Source of the DNA: Rickettsiales bacterium
GTDB lineage: Bacteria; Pseudomonadota; Alphaproteobacteria; Rickettsiales; CANDYO01
Direction of reading: 5' to 3'
Assembly (NCBI GenBank): GCA_049653745.1
Contig: JBASGW010000079.1
Coordinates: 12,207 to 76,206 of the forward strand
DNA length: 64,000 nucleotides
Shown here: piece by piece, positions 50,681-60,650 of the stretch
Layout: each line of letters opens with the position of its first letter
Numbering within the stretch: the first letter of the stretch is position 1
Program-made: the position numbers and the translations under genes
The notes under the pieces: generated by a model
Told to the model about the DNA's origin: nothing
Seen by the model: the letters and a program-made list of their open reading frames with translations, nothing else
Databases searched by the model: none

Positions 50681-51622
50681 TTAAAGATTATCTATAAATT
50701 TCCCAGCTTCTAAAGCCGCCATACATCCCGTACCCGCTGCTGTCACTGCCTGTCTATAAATTTTATCTTGAACATCTCCACAAGCAAAAACTCCAGGAAT
50801 ATTTGTTTGAGTACTGTTAGGTTTAGTAATAATATATCCCTCACTGTCTAATTCAAGCTGGCCATCAACTATAGAAGTATTGGGGCTATGACCAATTGCA
50901 ATAAAAACTCCATCAATATCCATTTGATAAGATTCGTCAGTTAATATATTTTTAAGCTTAACACCAGTTACTAATTTAGGAGCATCACTGCCTAAAATAT
51001 CTTCTACAACAGTATTCCAAATAACCTTAACTTTAGGATGTTTAAAAAGCCTTTCTTGAAGAATTTTTTCAGCTCTTAATTGATCGCGACGATGGATTAG
51101 AATCACTTCACTAGCATGGTGAGTTAGATGCAAAGCTTCTTCAACAGCACTATTACCACCACCAATAACAATAACTTTTTTATTACGGAAGAAAAACCCA
51201 TCACAAGTTGCACAGCCAGAAACCCCGAACCCTTGGAATTTGGCTTCATTTGCTAATCCCATCCATTTTGCTTGCGCACCGGTCGCAATAATTACACTAT
51301 CCGCTGTATAGCTTACTCCCGATTCAGTAACCATTGAAAATGGCTTGCTTTTCAAGTCAACTTGAGCAACATAATCATGAATAATCTCGGTCCCTACATT
51401 AGCTGCTTGCTCAGCCATCTGCTCCATTAACCAAGGGCCTTGAATTGATTCCGCAAACCCAGGATAATTTTCTACATCAGTAGTAATAGAAAGCTGCCCA
51501 CCTGGTTGAGATCCTGTAATTAACAGGGGATTAAATGCAGACCTAGCCGCATATATTGCCGCCGTGTATCCCGCAGGACCAGAACCAATAATAACAACTT
51601 TATAATGATTGCTCTTAACCAT
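50681..51622 (-). CDS. trxB: Thioredoxin-disulfide reductase
   Basis: IIGSGPAGYTAAIYAAR, redox CATCDG, GGGNSAVEEA. Confidence 0.95.
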   Translation of the reverse strand: MVKSNHYKVVIIGSGPAGYTAAIYAARSAFNPLLITGSQPGGQLSITTDVENYPGFAESIQGPWLMEQMAEQAANVGTEIIHDYVAQVDLKSKPFSMVTESGVSYTADSVIIATGAQAKWMGLANEAKFQGFGVSGCATCDGFFFRNKKVIVIGGGNSAVEEALHLTHHASEVILIHRRDQLRAEKILQERLFKHPKVKVIWNTVVEDILGSDAPKLVTGVKLKNILTDESYQMDIDGVFIAIGHSPNTSIVDGQLELDSEGYIITKPNSTQTNIPGVFACGDVQDKIYRQAVTAAGTGCMAALEAGKFIDNL

Positions 51623-51627
51623 AATAA

Positions 51628-52230
51628 TTATAACTTATCTACATTTGAAGTTAAATAGTCAGAAATTCCTTCTGCATTTGGCTTCATAGCTTCTTCACCT
51701 TTTGTCCAACCAGCTGGACAAACTTCTCCAAATTCTTCATTATGATTTAAAGCATCAACCATGCGAAGCATCTCATCAACATTGCGCCCAAGAGGAAAAT
51801 CATTCACTACCTGATGCCTAACAATTCCATTTTTATCAATTAAGAAAGAGCCTCTTAATGCTATGTTATCATTAAACAATATTCCATAATCTCTAGTAAT
51901 AGATTTATTTAAATCTGAAACCATAGGCATTTGAATATTACCAATTCCTCCACGATTTGTAGGAAGCTGTTTCCATGCGTGATGAGAAAAATGTGAATCA
52001 ACACTAACGGCCACCACTTTAACATGTCTTGATGAAAATTCACCCAAGCGATGATTAAATGCTATAATTTCTGTAGGGCAAACAAAGGTAAAATCTAAAG
52101 GATAGAAGAAAACTACACCAACATCTCCGTTTAAATATTTATATAAATCAAAATTATTATTTATATCGTTATTAGGCATCACTGCATTAGCAATAAAATT
52201 AGGAGCGGCTTTACCAACTAGAACAGACAT
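51628..52230 (-). CDS. ahpC: Typical 2-Cys peroxiredoxin (AhpC/TsaA family)
   Basis: FFYPLDFTFVCPTE peroxidatic Cys and GEVCPAGW resolving Cys. Confidence 0.9.
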   Translation of the reverse strand: MSVLVGKAAPNFIANAVMPNNDINNNFDLYKYLNGDVGVVFFYPLDFTFVCPTEIIAFNHRLGEFSSRHVKVVAVSVDSHFSHHAWKQLPTNRGGIGNIQMPMVSDLNKSITRDYGILFNDNIALRGSFLIDKNGIVRHQVVNDFPLGRNVDEMLRMVDALNHNEEFGEVCPAGWTKGEEAMKPNAEGISDYLTSNVDKL

Positions 52231-52423
52231 AAATTACCTCGTTTAAATGTGAAAAAAAATGATTCTTCATTCTAAGCCCGCACTTCACAAATATCAAGCA
52301 ATATTACTTAAGAATTTTATTGATCTTTTGAATAAATTCAAAATTTTAAGAACATTAACTATTGATTAACATTATTCTTATATTCTATAGATAAAATCAA
52401 ATAATATAGGAATCTTAAGAAAA

Positions 52424-53293
52424 ATGGATGCCGGAGAATTAGCTAAATTATTAGCTAAAGAAAAAGAAATAGAGAGACTTGAAAAGCTTTTAAAAGAAGC
52501 CGCATTAAGGGAAGCCGCACTAAGGCAAAAACAAGAGCAATTAGATCACACAGCTTCAAGCCCTTCAAAAGACGAAGAAAAAACTCCGAATACAGTTCGC
52601 GCAAAAGGAATAGGCAAATTCTTTGCAGGAATGATAGCTTTGGCGCTTACACCCGTGCTGCATGTTGCCAGTATAGCTCCGCTTGCTGTAAGCGCAGCTT
52701 GCTTTGTTGGTTCAGCTTGCGCTAAAGGAATGTCTATGATTTCATCATCTCCTGAAACCAAAGCAAAATGGTCAGAAAGAAGCCAAAATCTTAGATCAGT
52801 TGGCGCTAAAGCATTTGTAGCGGGCGCACTAATGGCCACACCTTTTGCTCTTGGCGCAACATTAATGGCAGAAGGAGTATATAATGGAGTTACAGGAGAA
52901 GATAAAATAGGGATTGTTCCCACAATGAGAGCTGCAGCCAGAGTTATCAGTGGCGGCTTACCACAGCCTGGAGATCCAGACCACAACCCAACCAAAATAT
53001 GGCAAAAACCTACTCTTCAAATCCCATCTAAAACACATGAAGTAGAGCTCAGCACCCTTAAAAAGCACGGTGCTCCAGCTCCACAAAATAAAAATAAAAA
53101 TTCACAGCGGGGTGGCTCAATGACGAGTAGAGATTCATCAATCTCAACAGATAGAACATCTACATCCAATGAAAAAACAGCATCAACACCTTACCGATCA
53201 TACCTTGAAAGAAATTCTTCTCGCCCATCCTCTAGCCTTCCAAGAAACTCACCTCCACACTCTTCAAGCATGGGGAGAGATAGCAATCTATGA
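52424..53293 (+). CDS. Hypothetical membrane protein: coiled-coil N-terminus, paired hydrophobic hairpin segments, Ser/Thr/Pro/Arg-rich tail
   Basis: 289-aa ORF, visibly more GC-rich than its surroundings (this also leaves a 149-aa antisense ORF open). FFAGMIALALTPVLHVASIAPLAVSAACFVGSACA and AFVAGALMATPFALGATLMA are hydrophobic blocks. Confidence 0.55.
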   Translation: MDAGELAKLLAKEKEIERLEKLLKEAALREAALRQKQEQLDHTASSPSKDEEKTPNTVRAKGIGKFFAGMIALALTPVLHVASIAPLAVSAACFVGSACAKGMSMISSSPETKAKWSERSQNLRSVGAKAFVAGALMATPFALGATLMAEGVYNGVTGEDKIGIVPTMRAAARVISGGLPQPGDPDHNPTKIWQKPTLQIPSKTHEVELSTLKKHGAPAPQNKNKNSQRGGSMTSRDSSISTDRTSTSNEKTASTPYRSYLERNSSRPSSSLPRNSPPHSSSMGRDSNL

Positions 53294-53375
53294 TTAGAAA
53301 AAATAACCCAAGGTTTTCATTCTTACAAAAATTTAGTAGTTTATATTATTTTAATAGGTAAGAAATAAAAAAAAA

Positions 53376-53399
53376 CCCTTTATCTTGAAAAGATAGGGG
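53376..53399. terminator. Hairpin between the convergent hypothetical gene and rpmJ
   Basis: A-run, then CCCTTTATCTT-GAA-AAGATAGGGG, then TTT. Imperfect stem. Confidence 0.5.
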
Positions 53400-53428
53400 C
53401 TTTAATGTTAGTTAAGTTCCGCTAAAAA

Positions 53429-53554
53429 CTAGCCTTGGCGAGCTTTTAAACGCTTATTTTTTTTGTGCAATACAAATTTGCGGCCACGACGATTAACCAC
53501 AAAACAATCTTTATCTCTTTTTTTAGCACTCTTTAGTGAGTTAACGATTTTCAT
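53429..53554 (-). CDS. rpmJ: 50S ribosomal protein L36
   Basis: The internal Met of the 60-aa track ORF gives the 41-aa [41 protein letters not shown], the alphaproteobacterial L36 form. Confidence 0.9.
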   Translation of the reverse strand: MKIVNSLKSAKKRDKDCFVVNRRGRKFVLHKKNKRLKARQG

Positions 53555-53695
53555 TTCAATATCTCCAAATAACATTGCAGTCATTAAGCCTTCGATTTTA
53601 GAAAAAGTCAATATTTTTCTTTAACTTTTTGTTACTTTAAAAAATTTATGCTATATCTTATGAATATTATTAATAACTAATTGCATTAGGTTACT

Positions 53696-54643
53696 TTGAT
53701 ACAACAAAGCCCAAATATAGTATTACTAGCAGGCGGCAAAGGTTCAAGGCTGTGGCCTTTAAGCATAAAAACTCACCCTAAGCAATTTATTACTTTACCT
53801 AAAATAAACCTCTCAAGCTTCCAAGTGGCATTGCTTAAAGCCATAAAAATTACTCATCTAAACAAAATAATTATCGTTACCAATCTAACTTATAAAAATT
53901 TATTAGCTCAACAATTGACAGACGTAAATTTAGACATTACTCAATTATATATTATTTACGAAGAAACAAGCAATAATACAGGAATAGCTTCATATTTAAG
54001 CTGTCTATTATTTATGCAACAAAATAACGATCAAATAACTTATTTTTTTCCTACCGATCACATGATTGCAGAACCAACAAATTTTTTCCAAGATGTTATA
54101 TATCAGATTGACCAGGATAAAATAAATCTATTTGCCGAAGAAACGCAAACCCTCTGCTCAAATTTTGGCTATTTAGCTCCTAAAAAAATCTTGAGTAAAA
54201 ATTACTTTGCATTACAAGAATTCATAGAAAAACCCGATGTTCATAAAATAAAAGAATTGAAACAAAATTATAATAATATTTATAAAAATCTAGGAATATA
54301 TCTAGCAAAACCATCTATTTTATATCAAGAATTTTGTAAATTTTATCCCGATCTCCCTACCATAAATTTAAATCAACATTATGAGAATAATATCAACATC
54401 GAATATAGCAAACTGCCCATAGATAAAATGATCTCCGAACGCTCTAGTATAGTTAATTTTATTGATATTAATTTTAGTTGGCAAGATTTGGGCTCAATTC
54501 AGAGTCTATATAATTATTTTGGCAGTGAAGAAATATTTAGCTGCGCCGTGGATTCAACAGAGATTACTAAATTTAATGAGACTAATGAGGAGTTTAATTT
54601 GGAATTAGTTGGCAATAAAATGAAAATAAAGAGAAAATTTTAA
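53696..54643 (+). CDS. Nucleotidyltransferase (mannose-1-phosphate guanylyltransferase-like N-terminal domain only)
   Basis: LAGGKGSRLWPLS...PKQF signature. 315 aa with no cupin/PMI C-terminus. TTG start. Confidence 0.7.
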   Translation: MIQQSPNIVLLAGGKGSRLWPLSIKTHPKQFITLPKINLSSFQVALLKAIKITHLNKIIIVTNLTYKNLLAQQLTDVNLDITQLYIIYEETSNNTGIASYLSCLLFMQQNNDQITYFFPTDHMIAEPTNFFQDVIYQIDQDKINLFAEETQTLCSNFGYLAPKKILSKNYFALQEFIEKPDVHKIKELKQNYNNIYKNLGIYLAKPSILYQEFCKFYPDLPTINLNQHYENNINIEYSKLPIDKMISERSSIVNFIDINFSWQDLGSIQSLYNYFGSEEIFSCAVDSTEITKFNETNEEFNLELVGNKMKIKRKF

Positions 54644-54648
54644 AGAAA

Positions 54649-54724
54649 TGGTGGAGATGAGCGGAATCGAACCGCTGACAACATGCGTGCAAGGCAAGTG
54701 CTCTACCAACTGAGCTACATCCCC
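54649..54724 (-). tRNA. tRNA-Ala (anticodon UGC), CCA encoded
   Basis: The reverse complement GGGGATGTAGCTCAGTTGGTAGAGCACTTGCCTTGCACGCATGTTGTCAGCGGTTCGATTCCGCTCATCTCCACCA folds as a cloverleaf. It has the G3:U70 identity pair, a TTCGATT T-loop and a CT-TGC-AC anticodon loop. Confidence 0.95.
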
Positions 54725-54898
54725 ATAACTTATAGTTTATACTTATACATCATTTTTATCTTAGGTCAATAAAAAATATAATAACTATAAAATATTATAA
54801 TAAATAATCGGTTAACCCAGAGTTCTCTTGCAAATACATCTATAATTTTGTATCTTAGACGAAGTTTTTAATGCAGTTAGCTGGTTAATATAAAAATA

Positions 54899-55765
54899 AT
54901 GCAGAGCCTTTCATTTCAAGAAATCATCTTTTGTTTACAAAAATTTTGGTCTGATTATGGCTGCGCTATATTACAGCCTTATGATAGCGAAGTTGGCGCG
55001 GGAACCCTGCACACAGCCACGGCTCTTAGAGCTTTAGGGCCTAAACCGCTTAAATTTGCTTATGCTCAACCCTCAAGAAGGCCTAAAGATAGTCGCTATG
55101 GAGAAAATCCCAATCGCTTATCTCATTATTATCAATTTCAGGTTTTGCTTAAACCCGCTCCAGAAAATGTTCAAGAATTATGTTTAAACAGCCTTAAAGC
55201 AATTGGAATTGACTATAACAAGCATGATATTAGATTTGTTGAAGATGATTGGGAAAACCCAACCATAGGAGCATGGGGCCTTGGTTGGGAAGTTTGGTGC
55301 GATGGAATGGAAGTTTTACAATTCACCTATATGCAACAAATTGGTGACATTGAATGTGAATTAGTTCCAGCTGAATTAACTTATGGCTTAGAACGACTAG
55401 CAATGTATACTCAAGATGTAAATCATTTTACTAAAATTAGATGGAATAATCCTAAAAATCCTGAAGAGCAAATCTATTATGGCGATCTATTTCTACAACA
55501 TGAGAAAGAAGCTTCTGCTTATTCTTTAGAATATGCAGATATTGAAATTTTGCTGCGCAGCTTTGTTGATGCCGCAACCGAATGCAAAAACATGCTAGAG
55601 AAAAACTTACCATTAATGGCTTATCATCAAGCTCTTAAAGCAGGGCATAGCTTTAATTTACTTGATGCTAGGGGAGTTTTAAATGTAACTGAGCGAGCTT
55701 CTTATATGATAAAAGTGAGAAGCTTAGTAAAAGAATGCTGTAAAAAATGGATAGAAAGCCAATGA
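54899..55765 (+). CDS. glyQ: Glycyl-tRNA synthetase alpha subunit
   Basis: [30 protein letters not shown], highly conserved GlyQ. Confidence 0.97.
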   Translation: MQSLSFQEIIFCLQKFWSDYGCAILQPYDSEVGAGTLHTATALRALGPKPLKFAYAQPSRRPKDSRYGENPNRLSHYYQFQVLLKPAPENVQELCLNSLKAIGIDYNKHDIRFVEDDWENPTIGAWGLGWEVWCDGMEVLQFTYMQQIGDIECELVPAELTYGLERLAMYTQDVNHFTKIRWNNPKNPEEQIYYGDLFLQHEKEASAYSLEYADIEILLRSFVDAATECKNMLEKNLPLMAYHQALKAGHSFNLLDARGVLNVTERASYMIKVRSLVKECCKKWIESQ

Positions 55766-57750
55766 ATGAACTATTACTTGAACTCCTTTCTGAAGAAATT
55801 CCGGCTAGAATGCAAGTTAAAGCTGCTGAGAGCTTATTGGAAACTTTACTGAAAGAATTACAAAAACTAAAAATTGAATATTCTGATGCTAAATTCTTTG
55901 TAACCCCTAGAAGAATCACATTATATGTTAGTAACATTCCTAGCCAGCTACCAGAACAAATAATAGAAAAAAAGGGCCCTAAAATTGACGCAAAACATGA
56001 AGCAATTGAAGGGTTTTTACGTTCAGTAGGGCTCAAAAAAGAAGAATTATCCATAATTGACGGATGCTTCTATGCTAATAAATTAGAAGCTGCCAAGCCA
56101 ACTTCTTCTGTCTTACAAAATATAATAGAACAAATTCTAGTTTCCTTTACGTGGCCCAAGTCCATGCGCCTATCAGGAGAAGATAGAAGCAGATGGGTGC
56201 GCCCATTGCGCAATATTTTATGTTTATTTGCTAATAATATTTTGCCCGTAGAATTTGCATCACTTCAGGCAAATAATTATAGTTTTGGCCATAGGTTCAT
56301 GGCGCCAGATAAATTAGAAATTAATTCATTTGTTGATTATAAAAATAAAATGGAAAAAGCTTTTGTTTTATTGTCAAGCGAAGAGCGCAAAAAAATAATA
56401 GTTAGCAAAGCTCAGGAATTAGCTAAAGAAAAAGGACTAAATGTTATTTTAGAAACCAACTTACTCAATGAAGTGGTGGGCTTAGTTGAATATCCTAATA
56501 TATTATTAGGCACCATAGAACCACAATTTATGGAGCTGCCAAAAGAAGTATTAGTAAGCGCTATGAAAAATCATCAACGTTACTTTTACCTAGAAGATAA
56601 TAATGGAAATATCTCACCTTATTTTATTTTTGTTGCTAATATTAAGTTACAAAATGATTTATCAATTATAGCTGGTAATGAGAAAGTCTTAAAAGCAAGA
56701 TTTTCTGATGCAAAATTCTTCTGGGAGCAAGATTTAAAAACTCCTCATAGCCAAAATTTAGCTAAACTAGCAAAAATGACTTTCCATAATAAATTAGGCA
56801 ACATGTTTGATAAAACGAACAGAGTAATTGCTTTAGCTGAATTTATTTCGAGTAAAATTAAATTTACAAACCAAATATTAGTAAAAAAAGCAGCATTACT
56901 TTCAAAAACTGATTTAGTTAGTGAAATGGTAGGAGAATTTCCTGAACTTCAAGGAACTATAGGAAAATATTACGCTCAACAAGCTGGCGAAGAAAAAGAA
57001 GTTGCACTAGCAATAGAAGAACATTATCGCCCTATAGATAATGAAGATAAAGGCAATATTTCACTTTTAGGCGCAATAATTGCTATAAGCGATAAACTTG
57101 ATTCGATTGTAGGATTATGGATTGCAGGAGAAAAACCCACCAGCTCTAAAGATCCTTTTGCTCTGAGAAGAGCAGCTCTAGGAATTATCAAATTAATAAA
57201 ATATCATCAATTAGACTTATCTTTAAGCAGCCTACTAGAAACAGCCATCAGCAACTATAATTTAGAAGTTAGCTCCGCAATTAACAGCGAAATTACTGAT
57301 TTTTTTAATGATCGACTAAAATATTATCTTAAAGCTGAAGGCTTCCGCCACGATTTAATTATGGCATCTTTAGCAACCAATAGCGATAATATTAATTATT
57401 CTATAGAAAAGCTATCTCAACTGCAAAAATTTATGGAGAGCGAAGATTCTAAAAAACTATTATTTGCAATAAAAAGAATATTAAATATCCTAGCTAATTC
57501 AAAGCCACATTTAGAAATAAAGATAGAACTGCTAAAGCCAGTGGAACAAGCTTTATATGATAAAGCTTTAATCACTCCACCTTCTTTAGAAGGACTTTTA
57601 CAGCTTGTTGATAATATAAATCAATTTTTTGATGAAGTTTTAGTTAATGACAGCAATTTAGAATTAAAACAAAATAGATTAAATCTATTATATAATATTT
57701 CTTGCTTAAGTAAAAAAATAGCAGATTTTAATCTAATAGAGGAAATATAG
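55762..57750 (+). CDS. glyS: Glycyl-tRNA synthetase beta subunit
   Basis: [19 protein letters not shown]-terminus. ATGA overlap with the glyQ stop. The earlier track start at 55747 is rejected. Confidence 0.95.
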   Translation: MNELLLELLSEEIPARMQVKAAESLLETLLKELQKLKIEYSDAKFFVTPRRITLYVSNIPSQLPEQIIEKKGPKIDAKHEAIEGFLRSVGLKKEELSIIDGCFYANKLEAAKPTSSVLQNIIEQILVSFTWPKSMRLSGEDRSRWVRPLRNILCLFANNILPVEFASLQANNYSFGHRFMAPDKLEINSFVDYKNKMEKAFVLLSSEERKKIIVSKAQELAKEKGLNVILETNLLNEVVGLVEYPNILLGTIEPQFMELPKEVLVSAMKNHQRYFYLEDNNGNISPYFIFVANIKLQNDLSIIAGNEKVLKARFSDAKFFWEQDLKTPHSQNLAKLAKMTFHNKLGNMFDKTNRVIALAEFISSKIKFTNQILVKKAALLSKTDLVSEMVGEFPELQGTIGKYYAQQAGEEKEVALAIEEHYRPIDNEDKGNISLLGAIIAISDKLDSIVGLWIAGEKPTSSKDPFALRRAALGIIKLIKYHQLDLSLSSLLETAISNYNLEVSSAINSEITDFFNDRLKYYLKAEGFRHDLIMASLATNSDNINYSIEKLSQLQKFMESEDSKKLLFAIKRILNILANSKPHLEIKIELLKPVEQALYDKALITPPSLEGLLQLVDNINQFFDEVLVNDSNLELKQNRLNLLYNISCLSKKIADFNLIEEI

Positions 57751-57767
57751 GACTGGTGAGTAAATAG

Positions 57768-60425
57768 ATGGAAAAACTAGTATATCAATTTGGATTAAGA
57801 ATTAACGAAGGCAACAGCCAAATGAAAGATTTGCTTGGTGGCAAAGGCGCCAACCTAGCAGAAATATGCAACCTAGGAATTGCTGTGCCTCCAGGCTTTA
57901 CTATAACCACTGATGTATGTAATTATTACTATAAAAATAATAAACAATTACCCGATTATTTAATTACTCAAGTTAATTTAGCTTTAAACGAAATAGAGCT
58001 ATTTTTAGGACATAAATTTGGAGATCCAAATAATCCATTATTAGTCTCAGTCCGTTCAGGGGCGAAATTTTCTATGCCTGGAATGATGGATACTATTTTA
58101 AATTTAGGTCTGAATGATAAAACAGTTATTGGACTTGCAACACAAAGCAACAATCCTTGCTTTGCCTACGATAGTTATAGACGCTTTATCCAAATGTATT
58201 CTAGCGTGGTATTAAAACTAGACCATTATTTATTTGAAGAAATAATTCAATGGAAAAAACAAGATTTAAATGTCTCTCAAGATACAGATCTAACTGAACA
58301 AGCTCTTAAAGAAATAGTTGAAGCTTTCAAAGATCTAGTTGAATCTGAGACTGGAGCTGAATTCCCCCAAGATCCTCATCAACAGCTTTGGTGCTCTATA
58401 GATGCTGTTTTTGATTCATGGATGAGCAATAGAGCTATCACTTATCGTAAAATTAATAATATATCTGCAGATCTAGGAACTGCAGTTAACATCCAAGCAA
58501 TGGTATTTGGTAATAGAGGTCAAACCTCAGCTACTGGAGTTGTATTCACTCGAAATCCAACCGATGGATTTAAAGATATTTATGGCGAATATTTAGTAAA
58601 TGCCCAAGGCGAAGATGTAGTGGCTGGCATTCGCACTCCACAAAATGTTAGCATTTTAGGTAAGCAACAGTCGGGGTCTAATCTTCTTGCTATGGAAGAA
58701 GTGATGCCAGAACTTTATCAAGAATTGGTTGAGGTTTGTAATAAATTAGAACAGCATTATAAAGATGTACAAGATATTGAATTTACTATTCAAGAAGGTA
58801 AATTATGGTTATTACAGACTAGGTCAGCAAAGAGAACTGCTAAGGCGGCTATCGTTATAGCCGTAGATTTGGTTAAAGAAGGAATAATTAGTAAAGAAGA
58901 AGCAATCTTAAGAATTGATGTAAAAGCAATAGATAAGTTACTTCACCCAACTATAGATGAAAATGCAAAATATCAAGTTATAACTAGTGGTCTACCTGCA
59001 TCTCCTGGAGCAGCAACTGGGAAAGTAGTATTTTCTTCAGAAAAAGCAGAAGAATTAGCAGGAAAAACAAAAGTAATTTTAGTTAGAATTGAAACTAGCC
59101 CTGAAGATATTCACGGTATGCATGCAGCAGAAGGAATCTTAACCAGCCGTGGAGGCATGACTTCACACGCAGCGGTGGTGGCAAGAGGGATGGGTAAGCC
59201 ATGCGTATGTGGCACTAAAGATCTTATGATTGATTATAAAAATAATTATTTTATTTCTAACGGAATAAAGGTACAAGAAGGAGATATAATCACTTTAAAT
59301 GGAAGTAATGGTGAAGTAATTCTAGGCGAGGTTTCTATGATTAAGCCAGAAATATTTAGTGAATTTAGCCAAATTATGTCATGGTCTAACCAAATTCGTC
59401 GCCTTAAAATTAGATCTAATGCTGAAACAAAGTTAGACAGCGAAGTGGCAAGAGGTTTTGGCGCAGAAGGAATTGGGCTTTGCAGGACCGAGCATATGTT
59501 TTTTGAATCCGATCGTATCAATATTATGAGAGAAATGATTCTAGCTAACACAAAAGAGCAAAGATGCAGCGCCTTAAATAAATTACTTCCTCTCCAGACA
59601 AAAGATTTTACAGAAATTTTTCAAGTGATGCATGGACTTCCCGTTACTATTAGATTTTTAGATCCACCATTGCATGAGTTTTTACCTCACAATGAACAAG
59701 ATATAAAAGAATTAGCAAAAATATTCGATATTTCTACGGACGCACTTAAGTCTAGAGCGCTGCAACTTAAAGAACATAACCCAATGCTAGGTCATCGTGG
59801 CTGCAGGTTGGGCGTCACTTATCCAGAAATTTATGAAATGCAAGCAAGAGCAGTATTTGAGTCGATGGTTAAACTTGAAAAAGCCACCCCTGGTACCTGT
59901 GTTGTTGAAATTATGATTCCATTAGTATTTGATCTTCAAGAATTTGAGTTGATGAAGAAAATTGTTGATGAAGTTGCTCAAGAAACTATGGAAAGATATG
60001 ATATAACTTTAAAATACGATGTTGGCACTATGATTGAACTTCCAAGAGCGGCTCTTCGCGCTGGATATATTGCTAAGCAAGCAGATTTCTTTAGTTTTGG
60101 CACCAATGATTTAACCCAAACTGCTTTAGGAGTTTCTCGTGATGATGCAGCTATTTTCTTAAGTGAATATCAAGAAAAAGGCATTATTAAAACAGATCCT
60201 TTTGTTTCTATAGATCAAGATGGGGTTGGTGAGTTACTAAAGATTGCTATTGAACGTGGAAGAAGCACCAAACCAAACTTAAAAATTGGTATTTGTGGAG
60301 AGCATGGGGGAGACCCAGATTCAATTCAATTTTTCCATAAAATTGGCTTGGATTATGTTTCTTGCTCACCATTTAGAGTTCCCGTTTCCATAATTGCCGC
60401 TGCACAGGCTGCTATAGTTAAGTAG
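57768..60425 (+). CDS. ppdK: Pyruvate, phosphate dikinase
   Basis: LLGGKGANLAEM-like, phospho-His loop GGMTSHAAVVARGMG, GLCRTEHMF, FFSFGTNDLTQ. 885 aa. Confidence 0.97.
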   Translation: MEKLVYQFGLRINEGNSQMKDLLGGKGANLAEICNLGIAVPPGFTITTDVCNYYYKNNKQLPDYLITQVNLALNEIELFLGHKFGDPNNPLLVSVRSGAKFSMPGMMDTILNLGLNDKTVIGLATQSNNPCFAYDSYRRFIQMYSSVVLKLDHYLFEEIIQWKKQDLNVSQDTDLTEQALKEIVEAFKDLVESETGAEFPQDPHQQLWCSIDAVFDSWMSNRAITYRKINNISADLGTAVNIQAMVFGNRGQTSATGVVFTRNPTDGFKDIYGEYLVNAQGEDVVAGIRTPQNVSILGKQQSGSNLLAMEEVMPELYQELVEVCNKLEQHYKDVQDIEFTIQEGKLWLLQTRSAKRTAKAAIVIAVDLVKEGIISKEEAILRIDVKAIDKLLHPTIDENAKYQVITSGLPASPGAATGKVVFSSEKAEELAGKTKVILVRIETSPEDIHGMHAAEGILTSRGGMTSHAAVVARGMGKPCVCGTKDLMIDYKNNYFISNGIKVQEGDIITLNGSNGEVILGEVSMIKPEIFSEFSQIMSWSNQIRRLKIRSNAETKLDSEVARGFGAEGIGLCRTEHMFFESDRINIMREMILANTKEQRCSALNKLLPLQTKDFTEIFQVMHGLPVTIRFLDPPLHEFLPHNEQDIKELAKIFDISTDALKSRALQLKEHNPMLGHRGCRLGVTYPEIYEMQARAVFESMVKLEKATPGTCVVEIMIPLVFDLQEFELMKKIVDEVAQETMERYDITLKYDVGTMIELPRAALRAGYIAKQADFFSFGTNDLTQTALGVSRDDAAIFLSEYQEKGIIKTDPFVSIDQDGVGELLKIAIERGRSTKPNLKIGICGEHGGDPDSIQFFHKIGLDYVSCSPFRVPVSIIAAAQAAIVK

Positions 60426-60430
60426 ATTTT

Positions 60431-60476
60431 GTTATCCCTATCCACCTTAAATTTAATAAGGTGCGATAAGGATAAC
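60431..60476 (+). terminator. Long compound hairpin after ppdK
   Basis: GTTATCC-CTATC-CACCTTA-loop-TAAGGTG-CGATAA-GGATAAC read directly. Confidence 0.6.
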
Positions 60477-60650
60477 AATAAATTCTAAACCTAAATTTTA
60501 TAAAAAAATATTTATATAAATTTTTAAAATACACCTCTTTTGTTAAAATCATTAAAAATTTTCTCGCTCACGAATAAAAATATCTTTATTATAGTTTTAC
60601 TGAATTTTATTTAGATTAAATGTGAATATCTTAGTTGAGGATAAATTAAT

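Noticed and set aside
52546-52995. 149-aa ORF antisense to the Inc-like gene.
   Set aside because: It lies entirely inside the GC-richer sense ORF. It has a low-complexity Ala/Gly/Pro composition, which is typical of a stop-poor antisense frame, and no RBS.
55668-56054. 128-aa minus-strand ORF spanning the glyQ/glyS junction. Also similar antisense track ORFs at 795-1013, 4034-4258, 5451-5684, 5841-6059, 9906-10091, 11812-11997, 20876-21097, 21283-21501, 22886-23104, 26399-26581, 27231-27518, 28338-28595, 29516-29824, 30478-30687, 32961-33251, 36672-36905, 45083-45268, 47509-47703, 57968-58153, 59246-59551, 61235-61471 and 62153-62335.
   Set aside because: All are embedded antisense in strongly supported genes and have Leu/Ile/Ser/Phe-rich compositions with no motifs. 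They are treated as shadow ORFs.
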